Shown here: positions 26,821-36,739 of the stretch, piece after piece
Numbering within the stretch: position 1 is the first letter of the stretch
Layout: every line of letters begins with the position of its first letter
Assembly (NCBI GenBank): GCA_913061335.1
Contig: CAJXTP010000001.1
Span: forward strand, 1-46,079
DNA length: 46,079 nucleotides
Direction of reading: 5' to 3'
Origin: an uncultured Loktanella sp.
GTDB lineage: Bacteria > Pseudomonadota > Alphaproteobacteria > Rhodobacterales > Rhodobacteraceae
Program-made: the position numbers and the translations under genes
The notes under the pieces: generated by a model
What the model saw: the letters and a program-made list of their open reading frames with translations, nothing else
Database searches by the model: none
What the model was told of the DNA's origin: nothing

Positions 26821-27416
26821 CAGGGCAGCTCTGCCGCTGGAATAATCGCGAAAAACGCGCCCTTCGATCGGACACCAAACCAGCGAACTCCGTCCACGTC
26901 CGCCTCTTCGCCCTCATCAACCAAGCGGTAAAATGACTTGCGATCAATCAACGCCTCAAGGTTGGTGCGGACCAAAACATATGGCGACGGCTCGCCGGTT
27001 TGCGGATCACGAACAACGCGGATCGGATGCTCAGGGCCTGCGGTGAAAAAGTCACCAACATTTGTTTCAAATACCAACCCGTCATCCAAACGGTTGAAAT
27101 CTACCGCCACAAACGGAGCATCATCCACCTTGATCCCGACCTTCTCAACTGGAGTCACCAGGAAATAATCGTCACCATCACGGCGCAGAATCGTCGAAAA
27201 TAGCTTCACCAGCTCGACCCGACCAATCGGCGTGCCAAGGTAAAACCACGTCCCATCCCGCGCGATGCGCATGTCCAAATCCCCGCAAAACGGCGGATTC
27301 CACAAATGCATGGGCGGCAATCCGCCTTTTTTGGCGGCGCGCGCGGCTGCAGCAAGGCTTTCGGCGCTTGGGGTCACGTTCTTTTGTTCAGTCATTGTTT
27401 TTGCCATTGGGGTCAT
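26820..27416 (-). CDS. DUF1285-domain protein
   Basis: LPPMHLWNPPFCGDLDMRIARDGTWFYLGTPIGR, LVTPVEKVGI.VDDAPFVA, PYVLVR. Confidence 0.88.
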   Translation of the reverse strand: MTPMAKTMTEQKNVTPSAESLAAAARAAKKGGLPPMHLWNPPFCGDLDMRIARDGTWFYLGTPIGRVELVKLFSTILRRDGDDYFLVTPVEKVGIKVDDAPFVAVDFNRLDDGLVFETNVGDFFTAGPEHPIRVVRDPQTGEPSPYVLVRTNLEALIDRKSFYRLVDEGEEADVDGVRWFGVRSKGAFFAIIPAAELP

Positions 27417-27464
27417 TGGGGTTATCTGTTGTTATAAGCATATAGGTGAAACAGGAGCATTGTC

Positions 27465-28472
27465 ATGGCAAACCCCGATCAATTGGTCGCAGACATCGAA
27501 ATTTTGCGCGCAAAGCTTGCCGAGGCAAGGACCAGTATCGCCGCGCGGTTCATCGGGCAGCCCCGTGTTGTGGATCTTACATTGACGGCGCTCATATGTG
27601 GCGGCCATGCCGTCTTGGTCGGGCTGCCCGGTTTGGGGAAAACTCGTCTTGTCGATACCCTGTCCACCGTGATGGGCCTGCATGGCAACCGTATTCAATT
27701 CACGCCTGACCTGATGCCTGCCGACATTCTTGGCTCCGAAATCCTTGATACCGCAACCGACGGCACCCGCAGCTTTCGCTTTATCGAAGGGCCGGTGTTC
27801 TGCCAGCTGCTGATGGCAGACGAGATTAACCGCGCGTCGCCGCGCACCCAATCCGCCCTCCTGCAAGCCATGCAAGAACAACAGGTCACCATCGCAGGCC
27901 AACACCGCCCGCTTGGGGCGCCGTTCCATGTGCTCGCCACGCAAAACCCGATTGAACAAGAAGGCACCTATCCGCTACCAGAGGCACAGCTCGACCGGTT
28001 CCTCGTGCAAATTGATGTGCCATACCCTGATCGCGACACGGAAAAAGACATCCTGATAGCCACCACAGGTGCGACTGAAGACGAAGCAACTGCGGTCTTC
28101 ACTTCGCAAGAACTGCTCGACGCGCAAACCCTGCTACGGCGCATGCCTGTGGGTGACAATATCGTTGAAATGATCCTCGATCTGGTCCGGTCCTGCCGCC
28201 CCGATGATGACGCATCTGCCGCGATCCGCGACAACGTCAGCTGGGGCCCCGGCCCGCGTGCGGCCCAAGCGCTCATGCTCACCGTGCGTGCGCAAGCCCT
28301 GCTGTCTGGTCGCCTTGCACCAAGCGCCGAAGACGTCATGGCCATGGCGGTGCCCGTCCTTGAACACCGGATGGCGCTGTCGTTTTCAGCCCGTGCGCGC
28401 GGGGTCAATATCACCGATATTATCAACGACGTCGCAGCCTCCGTCACCCAAACACAGGCCGCCGTCGCGTGA
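27465..28472 (+). CDS. MoxR-family AAA+ ATPase
   Basis: GLPGLGKT, RIQFTPDLMP, ADEINRA, ATQNPIEQEGTYPLPEAQLDRF. Confidence 0.96.
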   Translation: MANPDQLVADIEILRAKLAEARTSIAARFIGQPRVVDLTLTALICGGHAVLVGLPGLGKTRLVDTLSTVMGLHGNRIQFTPDLMPADILGSEILDTATDGTRSFRFIEGPVFCQLLMADEINRASPRTQSALLQAMQEQQVTIAGQHRPLGAPFHVLATQNPIEQEGTYPLPEAQLDRFLVQIDVPYPDRDTEKDILIATTGATEDEATAVFTSQELLDAQTLLRRMPVGDNIVEMILDLVRSCRPDDDASAAIRDNVSWGPGPRAAQALMLTVRAQALLSGRLAPSAEDVMAMAVPVLEHRMALSFSARARGVNITDIINDVAASVTQTQAAVA

Positions 28473-29338
28473 CAAACGCGCTAACGCTCAGATCAGCCGC
28501 CGAACAGCTCGCAGGCCCGATGCCCGCGCTGTTGGCCGCCGCAGATCAATTGGCATCGACGGTCATGCTGGGCGATCACGGGCGCAGACGCGCAGGCATG
28601 GGCGACACGTTTTGGCAGTACCGCCCCGCGCAACAAGGCGATGAAGCACGCGCAATCGACTGGAGACGCTCGGCGCGCGCTGACAGCAACTTTGTCGCCG
28701 ACAAAGAATGGCAAATCGCGCAATCCGTCCTACTTTGGGTCGACCAATCAGCCGCGATGCAATTCACATCCGACGACAACCTGCCCACCAAATCGGCGCG
28801 CGCACGCACGCTTGCACTGGCCACGGCAATCCTGCTGACACGCGGCGGCGAACGGGTCGGGCTGACAGGCCTACGTCTGCCGCCAAAACGCGGCGCAGGT
28901 CAAATCCGGCAAATGGCCGCGCTGCTTTGCGAAGACAACAACAGCGATTTCGGCACCCCCAACACCCAAGGATTATTGCCCCACAGTCGCGCCCTTTTCA
29001 TCAGCGATTTTCTAGGCGACATAGCCCCCACAAAAACGGCCCTCTTTGAGGCCGCAGACCACGGCATCAAAGGCTGCATCCTGCAAATCCTCGACCCGCA
29101 AGAAGAAGCGTTTCCGTTCAGTGGCCGCACCAACTTCCAGTCAATGGGTGGCGGCATAACCCATGAAACCCTATCCGCAGACGGCCTTAAACAACGTTAC
29201 CTCGACAAACTCGCCGAACGCAAAGACGCGCTGCAAACCCTTGCGCGCCAAACCGGTTGGCAGTTCCACACACACCACACAAACGCCTCCGCCACATCCG
29301 CCCTGCTCTGGCTTTACCAATCACTGGAGGCGCGATAA
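28469..29338 (+). CDS. DUF58-domain protein
   Basis: HGRRRAGMG..FWQYR...GD...IDWRRSAR, VDQSAAM, ISDF; GTGA overlap with MoxR. Confidence 0.92.
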   Translation: MTNALTLRSAAEQLAGPMPALLAAADQLASTVMLGDHGRRRAGMGDTFWQYRPAQQGDEARAIDWRRSARADSNFVADKEWQIAQSVLLWVDQSAAMQFTSDDNLPTKSARARTLALATAILLTRGGERVGLTGLRLPPKRGAGQIRQMAALLCEDNNSDFGTPNTQGLLPHSRALFISDFLGDIAPTKTALFEAADHGIKGCILQILDPQEEAFPFSGRTNFQSMGGGITHETLSADGLKQRYLDKLAERKDALQTLARQTGWQFHTHHTNASATSALLWLYQSLEAR

Positions 29339-32089
29339 ATGTGGACGCTCGGCCCCCTCGGCTTCACCGCGCCCTTGCTTTTGCTTGGCCTGATCGTTCT
29401 GCCAATCTTGTGGATATTACTACGCGCAGTACCCCCCGCCCCCGTCAAACGACGCTTTCCTGGTGTGGCGCTTTTGCTGGGCCTACAAGACGACGAAAGC
29501 CAATCCGACCGCACACCGTGGTGGCTTTTGCTGCTACGGCTCCTCGCAGTCGCAGCCCTGATCATCGGCTTCGCAGGTCCAGTGCTCAACCCAACCGACA
29601 ACCGCGCAGGCACTGGCAATTTGCTGATCGCACTTGATGGATCATGGGCAGGCGCACCCAGCTGGACGGCGCGCATCAAACGGGTCGACGCACTCCTATC
29701 AGAGGCGGCGCGCAATGACCGGCCCGTCAGCGTTGTAAACCTGTCCAACCTGCCCACAGGCGATCTGACATTCAGTGCGGCAAGCACTTGGCAAAACCGC
29801 CTTGCAAACCTGCAACCACAACCATGGCAACCACGCGCCGTGGCTGATTGGGTATCCGCACAAACCGCAACTTTCGAAACCCAGTGGATGTCAGATGGCA
29901 TCGACTGGGAAGGACGAACAGCAGCGCTTTCGGCATTCGAGGCAAAAGGCACCGTCACAATTTTCCAATCGCCGCGCGCAACCTTTGGGCTTCAACCTGC
30001 CATCTTTGAGGATGGGGCAATCACCTTATCTGCAATCCGCACGCCCATTGGGGCGGCGACGTCCGTGCCCGTCACGGCTATCGGGCTCGACCCTGCAGGC
30101 ACAGAACGGCAGCTTCAAACAGTGACGCTGGAATTTGAAGCTGGCGAAGCCACAGGAACAACCGCGCTGATCCTACCGCCAGAACTGCGCAACCGGATCA
30201 CACGTTTTGAGATCACAGGCCAGCGGTCCGCAGGGGCTGTCACGCTGACAGATGACGCGCTCAAACGACGCGAAGTCGCGCTTATTGCAGGACGCGGCAG
30301 CCGCGAAGAATTGAACCTTTTGTCACCGCTGCATTACCTGCGCGAAGCCTTGGTGCCAACAGCTGACCTCATCGACGGGACCTTGACCGACATCTTGCTG
30401 GCGAACCCCGATGTGATCGTGCTGGCTGACGTGGCGACCTTGGCTGGCACAGAAACCGACGACACAATTGCATGGGTCGAAAACGGCGGGCTGCTTTTAC
30501 GCTTTGCGGGGCCCAGACTGGCGGAGTCTGATCTTGGACGCGACGCCGAAGACCCGCTGCTACCTGTGCGCTTGCGGTCAGGCGGACGCAGCGTCGGTGG
30601 CGCCATGAGCTGGGGTGAACCAAAAGCGCTCGCACCCTTCAACGACACCTCCCCGTTCTTTGGACTGGCGATCCCAGACGACGTGACGGTCAGTGCACAG
30701 GTCATGGCGCAACCCGATCCAACGCTGGCCACCCGCGTCATTGCGCAATTGGCCGACGGCACACCGCTGGTCACGCGCAAACCTGTCGGCGAAGGTCAAG
30801 TCGTGCTGGTTCACGTGACTGCCAATGCCGAATGGTCAACATTGCCGCTGTCAGGATTGTTCGTGCAAATGCTCGAACGGCTGGCCATTTCAACGCGGCC
30901 CGCAGCTGGCGATGCGCAAGCCTTGGCTGGTAGTACTTGGCAACCCAGCCAAGTGCTTGACGGGTTCGGGCGGCTGCAAGACGGCGGGATGCTTGCAGGT
31001 GTCGACGGTGAGATCCTCAGCACAAAATCTGCTGGGCGCGACCTACCTCCGGGGCTTTATAACGGTGCCGAACAACAGATTGCCGTGAACGCTGTCGGGC
31101 CTGACACAACGCTCAACGTCGCCGCATGGCCCGCACGTATCAACGTGCAAGGCATGGCCGGCATGCGCGAAACCGCATTCAAAGGATGGCTGCTGGCGGG
31201 CGCACTTGGGCTGCTGATCATCGATATAATGGCATCACTGCTGATCGGCGGGCGGCTGCGCGGGCCCCATGCCGACGTGGCTATGGCACTCATTCTCATG
31301 TTGGCATTCACGCCCGAAGCGCACGCGCTGACAGACGAAGAAGCCATTGCAGCCACCACCGCCGTCGTTCTGGGGCACATCCTCACAGGCGACGCGGACG
31401 TCGACGCACAGGCGGGCGCAGGGCTGCTGGGGCTGTCGCAAACCTTGTTCCAGCGCACCTCAATTGAGCCAAACGCACCACATGCCATCGATCTGGAACG
31501 CGATGAACTGGCGTTTTACCCGTTCTTGTATTGGCCCGTGACAGCGACCCAATCGCTGCCCAGTCGCGAAGCTTACGGCAAGCTTAACCGCTACCTGCGG
31601 TCCGGTGGGATGATCCTGTTTGACACGCGCGACGCGGACACTGCACGGTTCGGGTCAGGCAGCCCAGAGGGGCGCAAACTGCAATCCATTGCGCGCGGTC
31701 TTGATATTCCGGCGCTTGAACCAATCCCGCAAGATCACGTGCTGACGCGCACATTCTATCTGCTCCAAGACTTCCCGGGGCGTTACGCCAGTCGGGACAT
31801 CTGGGTCGAAGCATCCCCCGCTGGGGCCGAGTTGGCCGAGGGCATGCCATTTCGCAATCTGAACGACGGGGTGACACCCGTGTTTATCGGCGGCAACGAC
31901 TGGGCGCGGGCATGGGCGGTGGACCAATACGGCAACCGAATGTTCCCTGTTGGGCGCGGCACGGCGGGCGAACGGCAGCGTGAATTTGCGCTGCGGTTCG
32001 GGGTCAACCTGATCATGCATGTGCTGACTGGAAACTATAAATCCGACCAAGTGCACGTCCCCGCACTTCTTGACCGTTTGGGGCAATAG
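29339..32089 (+). CDS. BatA N-terminal / vWA-like / DUF4159 membrane protein
   Basis: BatA double-TM N-terminus (RRFPGVALL...LLLLRLLAVAALIIGFAGP); C-terminal DUF4159 (YPFLYWP, HVLTRTFYL, NYKSDQVH). Confidence 0.9.
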   Translation: MWTLGPLGFTAPLLLLGLIVLPILWILLRAVPPAPVKRRFPGVALLLGLQDDESQSDRTPWWLLLLRLLAVAALIIGFAGPVLNPTDNRAGTGNLLIALDGSWAGAPSWTARIKRVDALLSEAARNDRPVSVVNLSNLPTGDLTFSAASTWQNRLANLQPQPWQPRAVADWVSAQTATFETQWMSDGIDWEGRTAALSAFEAKGTVTIFQSPRATFGLQPAIFEDGAITLSAIRTPIGAATSVPVTAIGLDPAGTERQLQTVTLEFEAGEATGTTALILPPELRNRITRFEITGQRSAGAVTLTDDALKRREVALIAGRGSREELNLLSPLHYLREALVPTADLIDGTLTDILLANPDVIVLADVATLAGTETDDTIAWVENGGLLLRFAGPRLAESDLGRDAEDPLLPVRLRSGGRSVGGAMSWGEPKALAPFNDTSPFFGLAIPDDVTVSAQVMAQPDPTLATRVIAQLADGTPLVTRKPVGEGQVVLVHVTANAEWSTLPLSGLFVQMLERLAISTRPAAGDAQALAGSTWQPSQVLDGFGRLQDGGMLAGVDGEILSTKSAGRDLPPGLYNGAEQQIAVNAVGPDTTLNVAAWPARINVQGMAGMRETAFKGWLLAGALGLLIIDIMASLLIGGRLRGPHADVAMALILMLAFTPEAHALTDEEAIAATTAVVLGHILTGDADVDAQAGAGLLGLSQTLFQRTSIEPNAPHAIDLERDELAFYPFLYWPVTATQSLPSREAYGKLNRYLRSGGMILFDTRDADTARFGSGSPEGRKLQSIARGLDIPALEPIPQDHVLTRTFYLLQDFPGRYASRDIWVEASPAGAELAEGMPFRNLNDGVTPVFIGGNDWARAWAVDQYGNRMFPVGRGTAGERQREFALRFGVNLIMHVLTGNYKSDQVHVPALLDRLGQ

Positions 32090-32092
32090 ACA

Positions 32093-34168
32093 ATGACAAA
32101 CACACTGATCCTTGATCCATTGGTGCCGTTGATTGCGGTTTATGCGCTGGCCGTATTGGCCTTGCTTGGCGTGGGCTTTGCCGCTTGGCGCAGATTGAAT
32201 GGCTGGTGGTTGCGCGGACTTGCAGCACTTGCCGTGTTGGGTGCGCTGACTAACCCATCGATCTTGCGCGAAGACCGAGCGCCACTATCCGACATCGTCA
32301 TCGCATTAGTCGACGAAACCGCCAGTCAAAAGCTAAGCAACCGGACCGAACAAACAGCTGACGCACTAGCACGGCTAAGCACACAAGTCGGCAAATTGGA
32401 AAACACCGAATTGCGCGTTGTCACTGTGCCCGATGGGGACGGCGACGCTGGCACGCAACTTATGACAACACTGTCGGCGGCATTGGCCGAAGAACCGCAA
32501 GCGCGTGTCGCAGGGATCGTGACACTGACCGACGGGCGGCTGCACGATATAGAACGGGCGCCAAACCTACCGGCCCCGATCCACACGCTGCTATCGGGTC
32601 ACGACACTGATTGGGACCGACGACTGACTATATCAAACGCACCCGCCTTTGCGATCATGGGCGAGACTGTGACGCTAACTTTGCGGATCGACGACCAAGG
32701 TGCGGCACCTGTGACGGACGCGCTGGCGTCGCTGTCAATCGCGATTGATGGCGATGCACCTGTCAGCTTTCAAGTGCCTGTAGGTCAAGATATTGAGCTC
32801 CCTCTGGACCTGCCGCATGGCGGTATGAACGTCGTGCAGTTTGCGACGCCGCTTGCCGGCGGCGAGCTGACAGACCGGAACAATGCAGCCGTCGTTCAGA
32901 TCAACGGCGTGCGCGACAGGTTGCGGGTCTTGCTGGTGTCTGGTGAACCGCATCCGGGTGAACGGACTTGGCGGAACTTGCTGAAATCTGACGCAGGCGT
33001 CGACCTCGTGCATTTCACCATCCTGCGACCACCAGAAAAACAAGACGGCGTGCCAGTGGACGAATTGTCCCTGATCGCATTTCCAACGCGCGAGCTGTTC
33101 TTGGAAAAGATCAACGACTTCGATCTGATCATCTTTGATCGGTACCGCAGACGGGGCATTTTGCCCGCAGCATATTTCGACAGCATCACTGACTACGTGA
33201 TCAATGGCGGGGCTGTGCTAATTTCATCAGGGCCCGAATACGGCGGCGCGGAAAGCATTTACCGGTCCCCCTTAGGCCAAATCCTACCCGGTGCACCGAC
33301 GGCGCGGGTATTTGAAAAAGGGTTCACACCGCAAATCACTGACCTTGGGGCGCGGCATCCCGTGACCGAAGGATTAGAAAAATTCTCACCCAATCCAGAT
33401 GGCGAAGGGCCCGGTTGGGGGCGCTGGTTCCGGCTGGTCGATGTGATCGTTCCTGACACGGCGAACACGGTGATGTCCGGCTTGGATAACCGACCGCTGC
33501 TGACCCTTGACCGGATCGGCGACGGACGCGTGGCGCTGATTGCATCTGATCAATTATGGCTCTGGGATCGAGGTTTTGAAGGCGGCGGGCCGCAATTGGA
33601 ACTATTGCGCCGCTTAGCGCATTGGATGATGAAAGAGCCCGATCTGGAGGAAGAAGCATTGTTTGCGCAAGCAAATGGTCAAACAATGCAGATCATCCGG
33701 CGCACATTGACCGATACGACGGGGGACGTCACGGTGACGCACCCCGATGGCTCGCAAACCGTCTTGGACCTTAAAGAGATGTCGCCTGGCAGGTTTGAGA
33801 CAATGTGGACGGCACCCGATGTGGGCCTTTACCGCCTAAGCGAGGCAGACAAAGAAACGGTCATCGCTTTGGGTCCGTCAGCGCCGCGCGAGTTTGAACA
33901 AACAATCGCGTCAGGGGATACGTTGCAGCCAATCGTGGACAGTACACGCGGCGGGATCTTGGCGATGGCGGATGGTGATTTTGCGGTACGTAGCGTACGT
34001 GCGGGCCGCCCTGCAGCTGGGCGCGGCTGGATCGGGATCACACCGCGCGGTGCGTATCAAACCGCAGATATTAGCAGCAATCCGATCTTGCCCGCATGGG
34101 CGTTTTTGCTGTTGGCTGCGTTGCTAAGCATCGCGGCATGGCTGCGCGAAGGACGCAAGATGGGTTAA
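32093..34168 (+). CDS. Membrane protein with vWA-like and class-I glutamine amidotransferase-like domains (fourth gene of the MoxR operon)
   Basis: VDETASQ, TDG, RLRVLLVSGEPHPGERTWRNLLKSD, DLVHFTILRPP; TM helices at both ends. Confidence 0.88.
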   Translation: MTNTLILDPLVPLIAVYALAVLALLGVGFAAWRRLNGWWLRGLAALAVLGALTNPSILREDRAPLSDIVIALVDETASQKLSNRTEQTADALARLSTQVGKLENTELRVVTVPDGDGDAGTQLMTTLSAALAEEPQARVAGIVTLTDGRLHDIERAPNLPAPIHTLLSGHDTDWDRRLTISNAPAFAIMGETVTLTLRIDDQGAAPVTDALASLSIAIDGDAPVSFQVPVGQDIELPLDLPHGGMNVVQFATPLAGGELTDRNNAAVVQINGVRDRLRVLLVSGEPHPGERTWRNLLKSDAGVDLVHFTILRPPEKQDGVPVDELSLIAFPTRELFLEKINDFDLIIFDRYRRRGILPAAYFDSITDYVINGGAVLISSGPEYGGAESIYRSPLGQILPGAPTARVFEKGFTPQITDLGARHPVTEGLEKFSPNPDGEGPGWGRWFRLVDVIVPDTANTVMSGLDNRPLLTLDRIGDGRVALIASDQLWLWDRGFEGGGPQLELLRRLAHWMMKEPDLEEEALFAQANGQTMQIIRRTLTDTTGDVTVTHPDGSQTVLDLKEMSPGRFETMWTAPDVGLYRLSEADKETVIALGPSAPREFEQTIASGDTLQPIVDSTRGGILAMADGDFAVRSVRAGRPAAGRGWIGITPRGAYQTADISSNPILPAWAFLLLAALLSIAAWLREGRKMG

Positions 34169-34180
34169 AACCCATCCTAC
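34159..34180 (-). repeat. GTAG-family REP palindrome, copy 2
   Basis: GATGGGTTAAAACCCATCCTAC, identical to 26059-26080. Confidence 0.85.
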
Positions 34181-34506
34181 CGCGTTACGAGATCAAACGT
34201 GCCTGTGGACCACCCGTCAACGATACAGCGCGGCCGGATGTAAACCACTGCGGGCAATGGGCCGTCTATTTTCAATGACCGTGTAAACGGCTGTTCATTG
34301 ACATGCGGATGCCCCAACACGCGCAGGCCTAATACAGTGCCACTAGCATCTTCAACACGCCAGCCATCTGCGTAGTGATCCCAGCCAGTATCAGGATGCG
34401 ATAACGTCACATCAAACCGACCGTCCGAAAACGTTGCGCCTTCAATCAAAGGTACGTCAGCAGATGCGACACCAGCCCAAAGCGCCAATATGATGGCATA
34501 CTTCAT
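34177..34506 (-). CDS. Small secreted His-motif protein
   Basis: Signal peptide MKYAIILALWAGVASA; HPDTGWDHYADGW and HPHVNEQPFTRS; start overlaps the DUF599 stop. Confidence 0.8.
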   Translation of the reverse strand: MKYAIILALWAGVASADVPLIEGATFSDGRFDVTLSHPDTGWDHYADGWRVEDASGTVLGLRVLGHPHVNEQPFTRSLKIDGPLPAVVYIRPRCIVDGWSTGTFDLVTR

Positions 34507-35195
34507 GGGTCTTCTTTCAGCAGAATATCGCGCGGAACCGATGCAAATTCGCGAGACCAGATCACCCAAATAACCACAGTCACCGAAATCATCAGCGGCA
34601 CCGGCCCCAAAAGCCATGCCAACGCACCCAGCGCAAAATACATCGCGCGCAGACCCCGGTTAAAGTTCATGGCAGCGCGAATATTCAGCTCGGCGGCTTG
34701 GGCGGCGCGAGGATGCGCAATCGGGTCAGCAGGATCATTGGGCACAGCAGCCATCAGCACCGCACAATAACCAAACACACGGTTCGCCCAAACAAATTTC
34801 AGAAACGCATTGGTCAAAAGCACGGCGACAACCGCAAGCTTGATCTGGATGATCAACACTGGTGTCATCGTGGCCGAGACCTCTTGGGCGACACCAACCA
34901 ATGGGTCCGTATTCTTGGCCAAGGCCAGCACACCACCAATGGCGAAAATGCATGTAGACGCGAAAAATGAGGTGCCCTGACGCAGGCTTCCCAAAATCTG
35001 ACTGTCAAAAATACGCGGATCACGGTCAACAAAAACACGCATCCAGTCGCGACGACGTTCGGACATTAAGACCGTAACAGACGGGCGCGATTTGGGCGGA
35101 TGCTCAATGACACGGCTCAGCAACAGCCACATCCCAATCATGTAGATGATCGCAATCCAATCAAGGGTCTGCAAAAGGGCGGCGTGTTCCAACAT
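34503..35195 (-). CDS. DUF599-family membrane protein
   Basis: RRDWM...RIFDSQILGSLRQGTSFFAST, FLKFVWA, FNRGLRAMYF; start uncertain (35195 or 35201). Confidence 0.85.
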   Translation of the reverse strand: MLEHAALLQTLDWIAIIYMIGMWLLLSRVIEHPPKSRPSVTVLMSERRRDWMRVFVDRDPRIFDSQILGSLRQGTSFFASTCIFAIGGVLALAKNTDPLVGVAQEVSATMTPVLIIQIKLAVVAVLLTNAFLKFVWANRVFGYCAVLMAAVPNDPADPIAHPRAAQAAELNIRAAMNFNRGLRAMYFALGALAWLLGPVPLMISVTVVIWVIWSREFASVPRDILLKEDP

Positions 35196-35279
35196 TGTCA
35201 TAAGGATCACTACCGTGGATCGGAAAAACTTGCCATCCGCATAAATTGGTTATATTTATTTACCAATCGGAGAACTGCC

Positions 35280-36713
35280 ATGCAAATGCCTATCCCTGAC
35301 GCCAGTGTAATTGAGCGCAAAGATCAGATCGTCGCGCGGCTGCTTGCAGTGCTGCCAAAGGATGCGGTCATTTCGGACGTGGTCGAAACGCGGGCCTATG
35401 AATGTGACGGGCTGACCGCATATCGATGCCCGCCGCTGTGTGCGGTTTTACCCAGCAACACAGATGAAGTCGCCGCCGTCTTGAAAATCTGCCATGAACT
35501 GGGCGTGCCCGTCGTGCCGCGTGGATCGGGAACCTCGCTTGCGGGTGGCGCACTGCCGACCGCAGATAGCGTCATTCTTGGCGTGGCCAAAATGAATGGC
35601 GTGATCGAGACGAATTACGATGATCGCTACATTCGGGTGCAGACAGGGCGCACAAATCTATCCGTGACAGGGGCCGTTGAGGCAAACAGTTTCTTCTACG
35701 CACCCGATCCGTCCAGCCAGCTTGCTTGCGCCATCGCAGGCAACATCGCGATGAATTCCGGCGGGGCGCATTGCCTCAAATACGGCGTGACCACAAACAA
35801 CCTGATGGGCGTGACCATGGTGATGATGGACGGGACCGTCGTGGAAATAGGCGGCGCATATATGGACGCGGGCGGGCTTGATCTGCTTGGCGTGATCTGC
35901 GGATCAGAAGGCCAGCTTGGGGTCGTCACCGAAGCCACCCTGCGCATCCTCCCCAAACCCGAAGGGGCGCGCCCCGTGCTGATGGGCTATGACAGTTCCG
36001 AAGTCGCCGGACAGGTCGTCACCGACATTATCAAGGCAGGCGTGCTGCCCGTCGCCATCGAATTCATGGACCGCCCTTGCATCGAGGCCACCGAGAATTT
36101 CGCGCACGCCGGATACCCAATGTGTGAAGCCTTACTGATCGTTGAAGTCGAAGGGTCAGACGCCGAAATCGACGCACAACTGGCGCTCATCATGGAAATC
36201 GCGGCGAAACATAACCCCGTGGAATTGCGCGAAGCCAAGGACGCCGACGAGGCTGGCCGCATTTGGCTTGGCCGCAAATCTGCATTCGGGGCCATGGGCC
36301 AAATCAACGATTACATGTGTCTGGACGGAACAATCCCCGTATCAGAACTGCCCTACGTGCTGCGCCGGATCGGCGAGATGTCCAAAGAATTCGGCCTTGA
36401 TGTCGGCAACGTATTCCACGCAGGCGACGGCAACATGCACCCTCTGATCCTGTTTGATGCCAACAAAGAAGGCGACCTCGAACTGTGCGAAGAATTCGGC
36501 GCTGAAATCCTGAAGCTCTGCGTCGAAGTCGGCGGCTGCCTCACTGGTGAACACGGCGTGGGCATCGAAAAACGCGACCTGATGCATGTGCAATTCAGCG
36601 CGGCAGACCTAGAGGCACAGATGGCCGTCAAAGACGTGTTTGATCCCAAATGGTTGCTGAACGCGGCCAAGGTGTTCCCATTGGATGCGTCCGAACCCCG
36701 CCGCGTCGCATAG
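35280..36713 (+). CDS. glcD: Glycolate oxidase subunit GlcD (FAD-linked)
   Basis: VPRGSGTSLAGG, YAPDPSSQ.AC.IAGN, GAHCLKYG, FHAGDGNMHP, GEHGVGIEK; SD GGAG before ATG 35280. Confidence 0.95.
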   Translation: MQMPIPDASVIERKDQIVARLLAVLPKDAVISDVVETRAYECDGLTAYRCPPLCAVLPSNTDEVAAVLKICHELGVPVVPRGSGTSLAGGALPTADSVILGVAKMNGVIETNYDDRYIRVQTGRTNLSVTGAVEANSFFYAPDPSSQLACAIAGNIAMNSGGAHCLKYGVTTNNLMGVTMVMMDGTVVEIGGAYMDAGGLDLLGVICGSEGQLGVVTEATLRILPKPEGARPVLMGYDSSEVAGQVVTDIIKAGVLPVAIEFMDRPCIEATENFAHAGYPMCEALLIVEVEGSDAEIDAQLALIMEIAAKHNPVELREAKDADEAGRIWLGRKSAFGAMGQINDYMCLDGTIPVSELPYVLRRIGEMSKEFGLDVGNVFHAGDGNMHPLILFDANKEGDLELCEEFGAEILKLCVEVGGCLTGEHGVGIEKRDLMHVQFSAADLEAQMAVKDVFDPKWLLNAAKVFPLDASEPRRVA

Positions 36714-36739
36714 CTAATTTCTGGCCGAAAGAAAACAAA

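Noticed and set aside
26098-26931. 277 aa plus-strand ORF and similar long antisense ORFs over polA, glcD and the AAA gene
   Set aside because: No recognisable motifs; typical shadows of GC-rich coding sequence on the opposite strand.
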